Program-made: the position numbers and the translations under genes | Assembly (NCBI RefSeq): GCF_001194135.2 | Contig: NC_068986.1 | Span: forward strand, 103,926,078 to 103,964,255 | Length of the DNA: 38,178 nt | Source of the DNA: Octopus bimaculoides | Lineage: Eukaryota | Direction: 5' to 3' | The notes under the pieces: generated by a model | What the model saw: the letters and a program-made list of their open reading frames with translations, nothing else | What the model was told of the DNA's origin: nothing | The model's database searches: none | In this document: piece by piece, positions 20,881-33,289 of the stretch | How positions within the stretch are numbered: position 1 is the stretch's first letter | How the letters are laid out: each line of letters opens with the position of its first letter

Positions 20881-22400
20881 ATGGAGTTTCGGATCGCAGC
20901 TGTACTCTTTTGTACTCTTTTTAACAATAGCAAGCGTTCTGTACGGTGGATGGATAGAGACGAAGTGCCAAAACACAATCGAAAAAAGAATATCCACCAA
21001 AGAAAGCTAATGGATTCTGTTTAGTGGTCCAGCACCGCTGTCACCACTGCAGCTTCATGGGAACTGGTAAGTCAATTACAGCGGATGTATACATCAGATA
21101 TTCTGGTTAAATTATTTGTGATCTTGCAATTAAACAACCGAGATTGAGCAAAAGAGACAGGCCAATTCTCTTGCAATTTTCTGGAGAACATTCTTTTCTT
21201 TGTACGCACGTCAAACTTTATGAAGACAATTCGTGTATAGTTCTGCAAATTATATTGAATTAGAACGGTCGTACTGACGAGCCACGGACGTTTTTACGTA
21301 AGTAAAAGAGTTGATGGCGAAACCCGGTCTACGATTAATTCTTTATTTTGTATATTTTCATTTGTCTTGCCCGCTTATGTTCTGGTGTTTGCTGAATTTT
21401 TTTCTGGAGAACATTCTTTTCTTTGTGGTTAGATCGCAGAGGATCTTTTTCTAGCATATCGGATGTCCACTTAGTGGTCATCCCTTCTTATACGCATGTA
21501 ATACAATTTTTCTGAATTTTCAGATTTTTTTATATGCTAGGCCACTGGTTTTAAATTGATGTTAACTAAGTTAATATTCAATTTATCATCCTCAGTATAT
21601 AACTATTGTTTATGTAGTTAAATTTCATAAGCTGAACTGACATAATCGAACCTAAATTTAAAATATACATTATAATCAACGCCGCCGATATTTCTGAGTC
21701 AATTCTCTATTAAGGTCTCCGTTCCTGGTGTAAACTAATACACGTCATTTAACCCACAAATCTGTTTAGTATGACATTATATACTCGTGTATTTATGATA
21801 AATACACATCGTTGACAGGTATGATTCAAAAACAAAATATATAATTAGAAGCAACACAAAAATATCACCTCGGTAGTGATTCTCATGAGCGCCAGGTGAA
21901 TTTTTGCCTCCTTGGACATTATTAGTGATGTGTACTCCCCAGTTACGTGCCAAGTTAAAGGCTGTCCTCTCGGATATAACGGAAACAGTGAATAATATAT
22001 CCGCTGATATTGGGAATAGCCGACGAGCTGAATAAATTTCCGTGTACGCAGGGCAAAATGCATCTAGCGTTCTCATAACTTTCTGCAATATACTGTGCTT
22101 TCAACACTGCATGTCTGTCAAGAGATTTTTGTCTCTGAGGAGAAGTTGTAGTATCCAACCTCTCGCTGGTTGATATGCGTTATTTATAAGAGAGGGTTAT
22201 TTTAATTTAATGCTGTTTCAATCGCGTACATCAAAAACTTTATTCATCACAAACATATATTCCTCTCATCTACAACAGCATCGTTTTATGCTTCTGATTT
22301 GGAAGTATTTCTAAGAGATGAAGTAAACTGAAATGATTTTACATTTTAAACATCAGTATTTCTCTTTTCTTTTTTTTTTTTTTTTTTTTTGTCAGCTTAA
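20881..22400 (+). pseudogene. Gene B: diverged paralogue encoding a secreted 4-Cys peptide, frameshifted in this assembly (exons 20881-21066, 22396-22400 + UTR)
   Basis: Starts ATGGAGTTTCGGATCGCAGCTGTA (MEFRIAAV). Removing a perfect 10-nt duplication (20911-20920) and 1 nt in the A-run 20982-87 gives MEFRIAAVLFLTIASVLYG|GWIETKCQNTIEKEYPPKKANGFCLVVQHRCHHCSFMGTA*; phase-1 donor G|GTAAGT at 21066/67, acceptor AG at 22394-95, G|CT TAA stop. Confidence 0.75.
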
Positions 22401-22510
22401 AATACTTAAGCATCAGAATGATCCTTCCCAATGGTTTCATAAAAAAAAACTAGGGTGCTACTATCGAAGTCGAAATGACATCAATTGCATGTTTATATAT
22501 AAAAAAAAGA

Positions 22511-22516
22511 AATAAA
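22511..22516 (+). terminator. Polyadenylation signal of gene B
   Basis: AATAAA at the position homologous to 14342-47 (aaataaagtg in both). Confidence 0.65.
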
Positions 22517-24749
22517 GTGTTTTAAACCATAATTCACTGCATTGTCTTTTTTATTTGTTTACTTATTTATTGCCATTCTTCAATAGAATTTATTGTATAC
22601 TTAGAAATATATATAAATATATAAATAATTATTTTAATGTATTCTGCTCAATATAGTCCAACGTTAACAAGTCTGATGAAACAACTGATTGCAGTCATGT
22701 TGTATTTTTTTCTTTCTTAACTTCCGGCAAACAGCTTGGTTTTACAACTTCTTTACAATATATTTACATTTGTAGCTAGTGACTTGACTGAATTTCTCCA
22801 TTTGTCTAGGCCGTATTGCAACGTGTACACTGATATTTAGAAAGAACAATATGTCTAACACCCTAAAACACTTTAAATGATCATAAACAACACAAAAATA
22901 TATTCCTTTGATCAAACACTTTTCAATCATGTTGGTCCAGTAAGAGACATTCTACTGAAAATTATTCCATATTTGCTGCTGGATTTGTTCCCAGTTTTAA
23001 ACTGAGCAATAGATAATACCTTCTAAAGTCTTTTTTTTTGCTCTATTATCTCTCCTATATTGAAGAAGCGAGTTGTGGGTATTCCTTCTGTGTTAACGAA
23101 CATGTTCGTAGTCGATCAACCTGTTTGATTCTACGCAACCACGGGAACCTCTATGAGTTAGAAATAACTGTGAAGTCTTCCTTGCTTTCGTCAATACCAT
23201 TCCAAAAAAGAAAAGATACTTCGGATAATGTAAGGATAATTACACTGTCTACAAAGAAATGGAGGATAGTAACAGGATGAAGAACAACAACAACACGATC
23301 AACAACAACTTACCAACGACGATTTGTATGACTTTAACATTCAAAATAACTTTTATGGACTTTTTGAACGTTCACCCATTCAAGCTCGACTAGTTGGTAA
23401 ATGGAGAGGCAACTTAAGTGATAAATAAAAACTGATACTTCGTCACAGGACAACTATGTTCATATAACAACATTATTATAATGTTCATATAACAACATTA
23501 TTATACGACATTCATATTTAATTGATGAGGTTAGAATAAGACCGGAACTTGTCGGTAGTTGTTACATAACTTACAGAAACATATTATCAAACATTGAATA
23601 ATTGTGTTTGATATATGTTACGGCATATTTACGTCTGAGTGGTTAAGGCGGTGAGGGGTACATATTCTAGTTACCTGCTTTATGAGTTCCAATCCCGCCG
23701 AGGGCTACCTTGTATTTTTCTACCTCCAGGGTTAATAAATAAAGAAACAGCTTTTGATGGTGGACTGGCAGAATTGTCGGTGCGTCGAACGGAATAACTT
23801 CAACTGGTATTCATTTCAACTCTTCGCATTCTGAGCTCAGACATGAAGAGATTTACACCGCCCCCCGGATTAATCGGCTTCTTTAGTACACTCTGCTTAG
23901 TTGTGAGATTTATGAAGAGGTCCCCGGTTTGTAGATACCTTCCTACTTCCCTCTCACCAGATCCGTAGGCTTGGAAAGAGTGAAATATAACACAAGCGTA
24001 AGCTTCGTCACAATGCTCCGTTATCGCATCGGATTGATTCTATTGAACTGAGTGATATTGTGAAGGGATAAAAATGTGATAAAAAAACTGATCGACAGAG
24101 TGTAGACGTGGACACCTAATACTTTAACAATAGCATCTCGCCTAATTATTAAGAAATGACAGAAAGAATAAAGATTTGCCGTAGGGAGTGGAGAAGCATA
24201 TGTGTCGGACAGAGACCTTCTCCAGGGCGGGGAGGAGTTTAGAGGAGTGAAATTAAAGAAAAGCAGCAGAAAATCTCTCAAAACTAGAGGATAGAAAAGA
24301 TTGCGGCCTCTCTTTAATTTCATTCCTGTCAACTTTTGTAGAAGGACTGTTATAGCGCCCATTTGTTTTACAGAACTTTGGCCTATGTGTTGGTCTAAGA
24401 ATAAGTTTTTCGATTCTCCTGTCCCATCTGGCGTAGACGTGAATCTATTGTTAAAGTTCCTGCAGAAAAATTAGCTTCTCTGTTGCATGATGCTTTCTCA
24501 TTATTGGTTTCAAATTTTGGCACAAAGCCAGCTATTACTGGGGAGATAGGTAGTCGATTACACCGACTCCAGTGCTCAGCTGGTACTTAATTTATTGACC
24601 CCGAAAAGATAAAAGGCAAAATGCTGCATTATTAACATCACATTTATATTCATGAAATTCATTCATTAACACCAATATTTATTTACTGCAATAATATAAT
24701 AATTATTTCAAACGGAATCCAAGGAGAATGACAGAATTCTTCATGAAAT

Positions 24750-24930
24750 AATGGTAGGGTGTGGGGAATCCAACATTTCAGAAGCAGATCTTCTCCAGGA
24801 AAATTCTAACAGGACGGAAATTAAATAGAAGCATCAGAGATTTATATCCTCTATGTATCTTTCTGTAGTTTCACTCCTGTCGACGTCTCCATAAAGAAGA
24901 ATGCTATCCGAAACGTGCAGTTTCGTGTTC
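24750..24930 (+). mobile_element. Possible Penelope-like endonuclease-end relic
   Basis: Weak similarity only: LLQENSNRTEI and, in another frame, IRDLYPLC, followed by a ccgaaacgt motif common at PLE ends. Confidence 0.3.
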
Positions 24931-25072
24931 CCTATACAATTTCTTTACTCCCTGTACCTTTTCTTTCCATTTTTCTTAACGATAATTCAGATTAACAGTC
25001 GGTATTGAATATATGGAGTTCATTAAAAGAAATCGAAAATAAGAAATAGTTACACCAAACCAATAAGGTACA

Positions 25073-25370
25073 GGCATGGTTGTGTGGTTAAGAAGTTTAC
25101 TTCCCAATTATGTTGTCTTGAGTTCAGTCCCACAGCGTAACACCTTGGGCTCGAGACTTCCACTATAGTTCCGGACTAACCAAAGCCTTCTGAGTGCATT
25201 TGCTTGAAGGAAACTAAATGAAGGGCCTGGTGTATTTACGTATGTGTGTATGTATGTATGTATGTATGTATGTATGTATGTATGTATGTATGTATATACG
25301 TATATCTGTGTGTGGGTGTGGCTATATATATATGTAAGTGTGTGGATATATATGTGTGTGTGTGTATAAG

Positions 25371-25407
<37 letters not shown>

Positions 25408-25640
25408 CTATGCGTGAATATGTGTGTGTATGTGCGTGTTTTGTGTTTGTTTTGTTCCTCACCATAGCATGGCAAATGGTACTGGTTTGTTTACGTCCGT
25501 GGCACCTCCGAGCATTGGAGTAAGTGTCAAACTTTAAAAACAAAATAAGCACCAGTGTCGATTTGTTGGATTAAATCCCTCCTCGTTGGTGCCCCAGCAT
25601 GGCCGCAGTCCAGTTACTGAAACAAGCAACAGATAAAAGA
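25073..25640 (+). mobile_element. SINE family 1 copy, diverged, with expanded internal (TATG)/(TG) microsatellite
   Basis: Head caggcatggttgtgtggttaagaag...gagttcagtcccacagcgtaacaccttgggc; tail ccagcatggccgcagtc...tgaaacaag. Confidence 0.75.
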
Positions 25641-26174
25641 TAACAAAGAAATACATTTCATTCCCCGTACCCTGTCTTTTTCTTTTAATTTCTTTCATTT
25701 CTCCAACCATTCGACCATCCATCCGTCTTGTATTTGTTCAGCCAAGTTGGAAAGTCAGGCTTACTGGTGAGCATTACAATAAACAAACGTGATAAGCAAC
25801 CACAAAGACATTCTGTTCGCGTAAACAAATGTGACGCTTTTCTTACATTCATCTACAATCTTCTCTTTTGTTTGTTTTCGTTTAATATGATAATCTTTTC
25901 TAGCTTTTTATTTTAGACTTTGTTTGTGTGTATCTTTGCGCGTTGCATGTGTCAATAACTTTTTCAGAATTATCATCCATTATCTAGTTCACTCTGTTTG
26001 TCAGCATGTGTGGGAGCATTTTAAACCGGAATTCTCAATTTTATGTATAGATTTTCTCGGTACACGTAATACAAGCTCAAACGTATTATATACATAATTT
26101 TGTTTGCATTCTAACACACACACACAAGCATGCACATGAGCACGCACATGCACACGCACGCACTCACACACATA

Positions 26175-26219
<45 letters not shown>

Positions 26220-26512
26220 TCGTATACATACATATCTATTCGCACGGCAAACACAAACACACGCATGCATACTGGCCTATGTAAGGAATGTATTTTTTTT
26301 TTATATCATATTGACATCAAACAAAATATGGATCTGAAAACGAAAAAAAGAAAAGAAACAACTGCGTCAATGAATAGAGACTGATGAATAACAAGACCCA
26401 GAGCGACCCTCCTCTCATTCTAACCATCATCATAATAGTAACAAATAATAACTGATTTCAAAATGAAGAAATAGTACAGCAACAATAACAAAGTAGAAAA
26501 TAAGTAGTCTGG

Positions 26513-26765
26513 CAAGGTTCTTGGGCGGAGGTCCATTAGCTTAAAGAATAGACACCAAATAAAGGATCAGTCAGAAAGTAACCTTTGGTATTGCCCTAAC
26601 CCTAACCCTAAACCTCACCTTAACCCTGTCGATAGACTATATAAGGAGCTTACTGTAAAGGGATCTGCGTCACATTTACAGAGGTTACCAGTCTGTTGTG
26701 ATAGCGTTCTTGCAAGCCATTCGTGTTAACTCTCGTTCGATTTTATAATTGATAAAATTACAACA
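26513..26765 (+). promoter_or_regulatory. Core promoter and 5' UTR of gene C
   Basis: CAAGGTTCTTGGGCGG; (CCCTAA)3 at 26594-26611; TATATAA 26638-44; TGATAG 26699-704; TGATAA 26750-55. Confidence 0.8.
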
Positions 26766-27042
26766 ATGGAGTTTCGTGTTGCGGCCGCCATTCTCTTGAT
26801 CGCAGTGTCAGCAGTTTACAGTCAAGATATCATGAATCTGTGTAAACAGACAGAAATCAAACCCGGATCGCATTTTATCCGATCACCAAATAACTGCAGT
26901 GAATTCTTCTTATGTAACGCTATGTTTCCCCTACCTTTAGCCTGTGGTAAGGGCACGGTATTTTCGCAATCCCAACAGATCTGTGTGTGGCTGAACAGTC
27001 AGTATGATGACTGTAACCGCATCATTTACGGAGGAAAATTCA
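26766..27042 (+). CDS. Gene C exon 1: signal peptide + peritrophin-A/CBM14 domain 1
   Basis: 277 nt like gene A exon 1; 71/92 aa identical; six Cys conserved; A|GTAAGT donor at 27042/43. Confidence 0.93.
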
Positions 27043-27129
27043 GTAAGTTGTTTTATTATTAATAATTTTTCGTTCGTTACTTTGCACGAACTGTTCCAAG
27101 TCTCACCTGATATCCTCAGGCAACAGCAA

Positions 27130-27480
27130 GTGATATATTATAGGGAAGTGAGACCAAATTCAGTGAAGTAACGTTGTCTTAAATTTATAGTATTTTGGTT
27201 TTGTAAGAATTTTAAATGAATCAGATATTTTTAGGTTCACAATGTTTTTCTTAGAATGTGAGCAGTACCCATGAAAACGACATTTTCGTAGTTCCAATAC
27301 TTCTGGGATTCCTGATATTTGGCCATAATATTTAAGAGTAGCATTTGAGATTATCTCCAAATATTCGATGATTACAAGTATAATTGCTGCTTTTAGATGC
27401 CACATTTCTGAGAGCTCTATTTCAATGTTTTTAAAAGAGTGTTGAAATCCATTCTTACCTATAAGTAAACATTTTGACAA
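27130..27480 (-). mobile_element. R4/Dong-like LINE 3' fragment, old
   Basis: Minus strand IEIELSEMWHLK...QISGIP and, after a frameshift, FMGTAHILRK. Confidence 0.65.
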
Positions 27481-28342
27481 CGTGATATTTTTTCACAACA
27501 ATATCCTGTTTATTGACCAAAATAGTAAGAACAGTCTGGATACTAAAGTCCCTAAGAACTGTAATATCTTTATTTCCTTCTATATTGACAGGCTTATGTT
27601 CGCAGCAATTCTTCTCATATAGGATTTCAGGCTTACGGCATATGATCTACTGCATATACCAACCAAAGATATCATGGCAATTAATATATACATTTAAGAC
27701 CAACATAGAACTTTAGAGATGAATTGCTTAACTACTTCTCTAGTGGCACCACAAAAGCGGCGAGTGGGACCAGCGCCATTTTAGAGAATGCTGGTTTGGT
27801 AGTTTACGGTGGGCAGATACTTATCTATAGCTGCCACAATGAAGCACACTGTTTATGATTTAATTCCAGTTGCAGCCAACCAATAATCGGTCATATTTGT
27901 ATTTACATCAGGATCGCTGGTCCTTGCAATTTGGTTGCCATGGAAACTCTGAGATTTCATTTGATTTGACTTCTATTTCTATTTTCATTTTTGTTTGTAG
28001 AATGTTTTGTTTCATCTAGTTACGCTTCAGTCTTTACAAATATCTTTGGCTCTTTCGATATTAAATAAATTTCTTGGCATTTCCAAATTTACAGACAAGT
28101 TTAAACATTCAGTCGTTGGTGTTATTTAGATATGTGTCTAATCCTCGGGTCACCGTTTTTAGAGACGGTTGCCTTAGCATAAGTTCTTCCTCCATTCTTT
28201 CGCGGGATGTGTAGTGAGTCAACGTCTGTTTTTGGGTGACGCAGGCAGTGCATTGGAACAGCGTGTTTTTGTGTCAATTTTCTCATCCCCATAACATCAG
28301 TTGACGTAAATTTACTTGCGCTGTGTACTGGCCTTGAATCAG

Positions 28343-28530
28343 ATGACGAAAATATACGCAGCCATATCTGCTACGGTTTTGTAGCTGTTTGTTTACCGGT
28401 TGATATAAATATCTGCTATCACTCACGGAATTCCTACTAGATGACGAAAATATGCGCAGCCATATCTGCTACGGGTTTGCAGCTGTTTGTGTACCGATTG
28501 GTCTGCTATCACTCACGGAATTCCTACTAG
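28343..28530 (+). repeat. Tandem duplication, 98-bp + 90-bp units
   Basis: atgacgaaaatat.cgcagccatatctgctacgg...tctgctatcactcacggaattcctactag at 28343-28440 and 28441-28530. Confidence 0.9.
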
Positions 28531-29232
28531 AGGCTATCGTGCGAATTTCAAGGAATCTGATAGGTTTGTTAGAATCTTCATGTAAATATTTCCAACTCAG
28601 TTCGAGACTTCCTCAACATAATAGTATAAAACAGCAGTTTTGGTGGTTACACCACCATTCCAACCATGACTTCCTATTAAATTCGTACACTTTCAGCGAA
28701 TTCTTCTGGCCCATCACGGAATTTACAGTCACATCCAGGCACGCCAGTTGAATTTACGGTCCTCGCAGTGAAGAAATAAACAGTGAATGCTTCAAAGCGG
28801 TTGACGTAAATATACACCGAACAGTTTCCGTGCGTGTCTTGCTGATTTCTGCCGGGATTATTACCGTCAGTGCAACCTAGTTACCTGATGAAAAAAAATC
28901 GTTGCTATGAGGTTACTGTTAACATGGACCATTTTATATTAACGTTGTAGGTAATAACTGGTGTAACCCGGGTATTGCTGGTAACAATCCTGTCTCTCGC
29001 ATTAAGTTCGCTCTTTAGGATTGTTCTAACTCGTTGATAAAATTCTTCCTGTATTTTTCCAGGCATTTGTGAGTCCCGGATCTCACCCCCTTCATATACT
29101 CTGAAACATTTGTACTTTTGTTTTTCAGAATCTAAGTCCTGGTTGATGGTAGACTTGTCTGTCTGTATATCGTTCGTTTTTAAAGGTTTTTTTTTGCTTT
29201 GAAGAATATGGCTTTAATACATTTATCAAGGT

Positions 29233-29367
29233 GGAGGCGCAATGGCCCAGTGGTTAGGGCAGCGGACTCGCGGTCATAGGATCGCGGTTTTGATTCCCAG
29301 ACCGGGCGTTGTGAGTGTTTATTGAGCGAAAACACCTAAGATTCCACGAGGCTCCGGCAGGGAATGG
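29233..29367 (+). mobile_element. SINE family 4 head, truncated by gap
   Basis: Near-identical to the reverse complement of 15480-15614; anticodon-like TCG. Confidence 0.8.
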
Positions 29368-29882
29368 NNNNNNNNNNNNNNNNNNNNNNNNNNNNNNNNN
29401 NNNNNNNNNNNNNNNNNNNNNNNNNNNNNNNNNNNNNNNNNNNNNNNNNNNNNNNNNNNNNNNNNNNNNNNNNNNNNNNNNNNNNNNNNNNNNNNNNNNN
29501 NNNNNNNNNNNNNNNNNNNNNNNNNNNNNNNNNNNNNNNNNNNNNNNNNNNNNNNNNNNNNNNNNNNNNNNNNNNNNNNNNNNNNNNNNNNNNNNNNNNN
29601 NNNNNNNNNNNNNNNNNNNNNNNNNNNNNNNNNNNNNNNNNNNNNNNNNNNNNNNNNNNNNNNNNNNNNNNNNNNNNNNNNNNNNNNNNNNNNNNNNNNN
29701 NNNNNNNNNNNNNNNNNNNNNNNNNNNNNNNNNNNNNNNNNNNNNNNNNNNNNNNNNNNNNNNNNNNNNNNNNNNNNNNNNNNNNNNNNNNNNNNNNNNN
29801 NNNNNNNNNNNNNNNNNNNNNNNNNNNNNNNNNNNNNNNNNNNNNNNNNNNNNNNNNNNNNNNNNNNNNNNNNNNNNNNNNN

Positions 29883-29914
<32 letters not shown>

Positions 29915-30434
29915 GGAGTGAGAGAGCAGTGCATACCATCAAAGTGACACTGGGGTAAAATATACGAGGCCCATTATACCCATCATGACTACCCGTCTGA
30001 TAAGGGTACACCAGGTACATGCATCACAACCATGTATGCGCGACATGGTGATTTCATATCAAGATAAATAGCGCATGACCTCGCAAGTGGGGCCCAGTTA
30101 AAATTTCTTCTAGTCGAGTAGCCCATCCCGCTCAAAGGTCCCTGAATAAGTATTGTTTAAAGATGATGAGCAAAACAAATTTCCAAAGGTGAATTTTTCA
30201 AGCCCCAAAGAATTCCTCTCAACACATGGCTATGATGCTCCCCACTACTTCTGCTCGTGATACATATATCGTCAGCCACTGAGGGGTAAGCTTAACTGGT
30301 TAAGGTCAAGCAATCGACAAAGCATATCTGTGGTACTGAGCAGAATATTTGCTGTAGCCCATCTTTTATACCAAGACAAAACAACGTACATGATAACACT
30401 TCCAATCAATTAAGATCAGAAGCCATGAGAGGCA

Positions 30435-30502
<68 letters not shown>

Positions 30503-30516
30503 CATCATCATCATCA

Positions 30517-30553
<37 letters not shown>

Positions 30554-30554
<1 letters not shown>

Positions 30555-30945
30555 GATGTCACACAGTACGCAATATCGTGAGGTTGTTGATTGAAGATAT
30601 TGTGTCTACCGGGGGTTTGTACTGTTTGTCAAGTCACAACAAAGACCTCAGACAGATTGTACTTTACGCAATATGTATGCAGTTCCAAGTAATGCCGACT
30701 TTTGCAATACATCTAGATTGTAGGGTATCTCTAAGCTTTTCAGATGTCATTTTCAGATTGAGTGGTATTGAACCCAATGCTTCGACGACAATAGGGATAT
30801 CCTTTATGCTTGACTCTCGTAGCTGCCACATGTTAGCGATTTCAGTTCTCAGGCCTCCATATTTATCAGCAGTTTCTCTTTCTTTCATGACGATATGTTG
30901 ATCTCTTGGCACTGCCGCGTCGATTATTAGGCACCCATGTTTGTT
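30554..30945 (-). mobile_element. R4/Dong-like LINE 3' fragment
   Basis: KYGGLRTEIANMWQLRESSIKDIPIVVEALGSIP; 3' UTR homologous to 2674-2800 and joined to (ATT)n 30436-30553. Confidence 0.85.
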
Positions 30946-31087
30946 CCTACTGAAGGTTACTATATCCGGCGTTCAGTGTTCTAACACTATGTCTGTCTGG
31001 AAATCAAAGTCCCTGAGAATTTTTGCCTCTCCGTTTTCCGTCCATTACATTTTCCGATGTATGTTGGTAACAAACACCCGTAACCGT

Positions 31088-31357
31088 ATTATTATTATAT
31101 GTTTGACTTTTGCTTTGTATTTGTACAAGTTGGCTCCAAGTCTCACCCAAGAGACAACAAATTAGAAGTTCATGTTGGTGTTATGCCTAGGGTGCCATAT
31201 ATTTGGTTTTGTCCATAGTATTGTTCTAGAGAATCTTTAAGGAAACATTTGTTTCAAAATTTGAGTTTACACAGACAGTATTTTACGTAGGATATGGGCA
31301 GTTTCCATAAACACTATCTTCTGAATTTCTGCCATTTTGGGGTTTCCTGGTTTCCTT

Positions 31358-31393
<36 letters not shown>

Positions 31394-31684
31394 ATTATTG
31401 TTCAGTAGTTTTATTTTTATAACGTGCTTTCACTTCACTACCGAGCGCTGCTCTGTGCGCCTTGGGTATGTGCTGTGGTTTGCTGTGATGCTCTTATGTT
31501 TACTGTATTGAAAGTGTTTTGCGTAGAATGTGTGCAGTACCCAGTAGTGCAATTTTCTGTATGTTATATATATTTGTAAGTCTTGGTGTTTTTGTTATGT
31601 ATTTGTCTGAATATTTTTTTTATTATACCTAAGGCACCTACTATGATAGGAATTGTTTCTGTTTTTAGATTCCACATTCGAGTT
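31088..31684 (-). mobile_element. Two stacked R4/Dong-like 3' fragments (31088-31355, 31400-31684)
   Basis: First matches 19000-19186 (GNPKMAEIQKIVFMETAHILRK); second matches 19514-19800 (KTETIPIIVGALGII); separated by (GTT)n/(ATT)n. Confidence 0.8.
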
Positions 31685-32103
31685 NNNNNNNNNNNNNNNN
31701 NNNNNNNNNNNNNNNNNNNNNNNNNNNNNNNNNNNNNNNNNNNNNNNNNNNNNNNNNNNNNNNNNNNNNNNNNNNNNNNNNNNNNNNNNNNNNNNNNNNN
31801 NNNNNNNNNNNNNNNNNNNNNNNNNNNNNNNNNNNNNNNNNNNNNNNNNNNNNNNNNNNNNNNNNNNNNNNNNNNNNNNNNNNNNNNNNNNNNNNNNNNN
31901 NNNNNNNNNNNNNNNNNNNNNNNNNNNNNNNNNNNNNNNNNNNNNNNNNNNNNNNNNNNNNNNNNNNNNNNNNNNNNNNNNNNNNNNNNNNNNNNNNNNN
32001 NNNNNNNNNNNNNNNNNNNNNNNNNNNNNNNNNNNNNNNNNNNNNNNNNNNNNNNNNNNNNNNNNNNNNNNNNNNNNNNNNNNNNNNNNNNNNNNNNNNN
32101 NNN

Positions 32104-32605
<502 letters not shown>

Positions 32606-32609
32606 ATTA

Positions 32610-32668
<59 letters not shown>

Positions 32669-32772
32669 TATTTTTATTATTATTATTATTATTATGATCA
32701 TCATCATCATCATTATTGCTATTATTATTATTATTATTATTATTATCAACATCATCATTATTAATATTATTA

Positions 32773-32832
<60 letters not shown>

Positions 32833-32850
32833 CAACATCATCATTATTAA

Positions 32851-32925
<75 letters not shown>

Positions 32926-33193
32926 GATCATCATNNNNNNNNNNNNNNNNNNNNNNNNNNNNNNNNNNNNNNNNNNNNNNNNNNNNNNNNNNNNNNNNNN
33001 NNNNNNNNNNNNNNNNNNNNNNNNNNNNNNNNNNNNNNNNNNNNNNNNNNNNNNNNNNNNNNNNNNNNNNNNNNNNNNNNNNNNNNNNNNNNNNNNNNNN
33101 NNNNNNNNNNNNNNNNNNNNNNNNNNNNNNNNNNNNNNNNNNNNNNNNNNNNNNNNNNNNNNNNNNNCATCATCATCATCATCACCATATTAC

Positions 33194-33226
<33 letters not shown>

Positions 33227-33229
33227 CAT

Positions 33230-33288
<59 letters not shown>

Positions 33289-33289
33289 T

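Noticed and set aside
23456-23505. 25-bp perfect tandem repeat; similar short duplications at 8365-8426, 21177/21399 and 32745/32830
   Set aside because: Two-copy slippage or junction duplications, with no spacer array, so not CRISPR-like; the last may be a gap-edge artefact.
24021-24362. 113-aa minus-strand ORF, possibly very decayed Penelope RT
   Set aside because: Only scattered residues resemble PLE RT motifs; not distinguishable from chance by eye.
29233-29310. Possible tRNA-Arg gene
   Set aside because: No proper acceptor stem or T-arm and no poly-T terminator; continues into a SINE body shared with 15208-15614.
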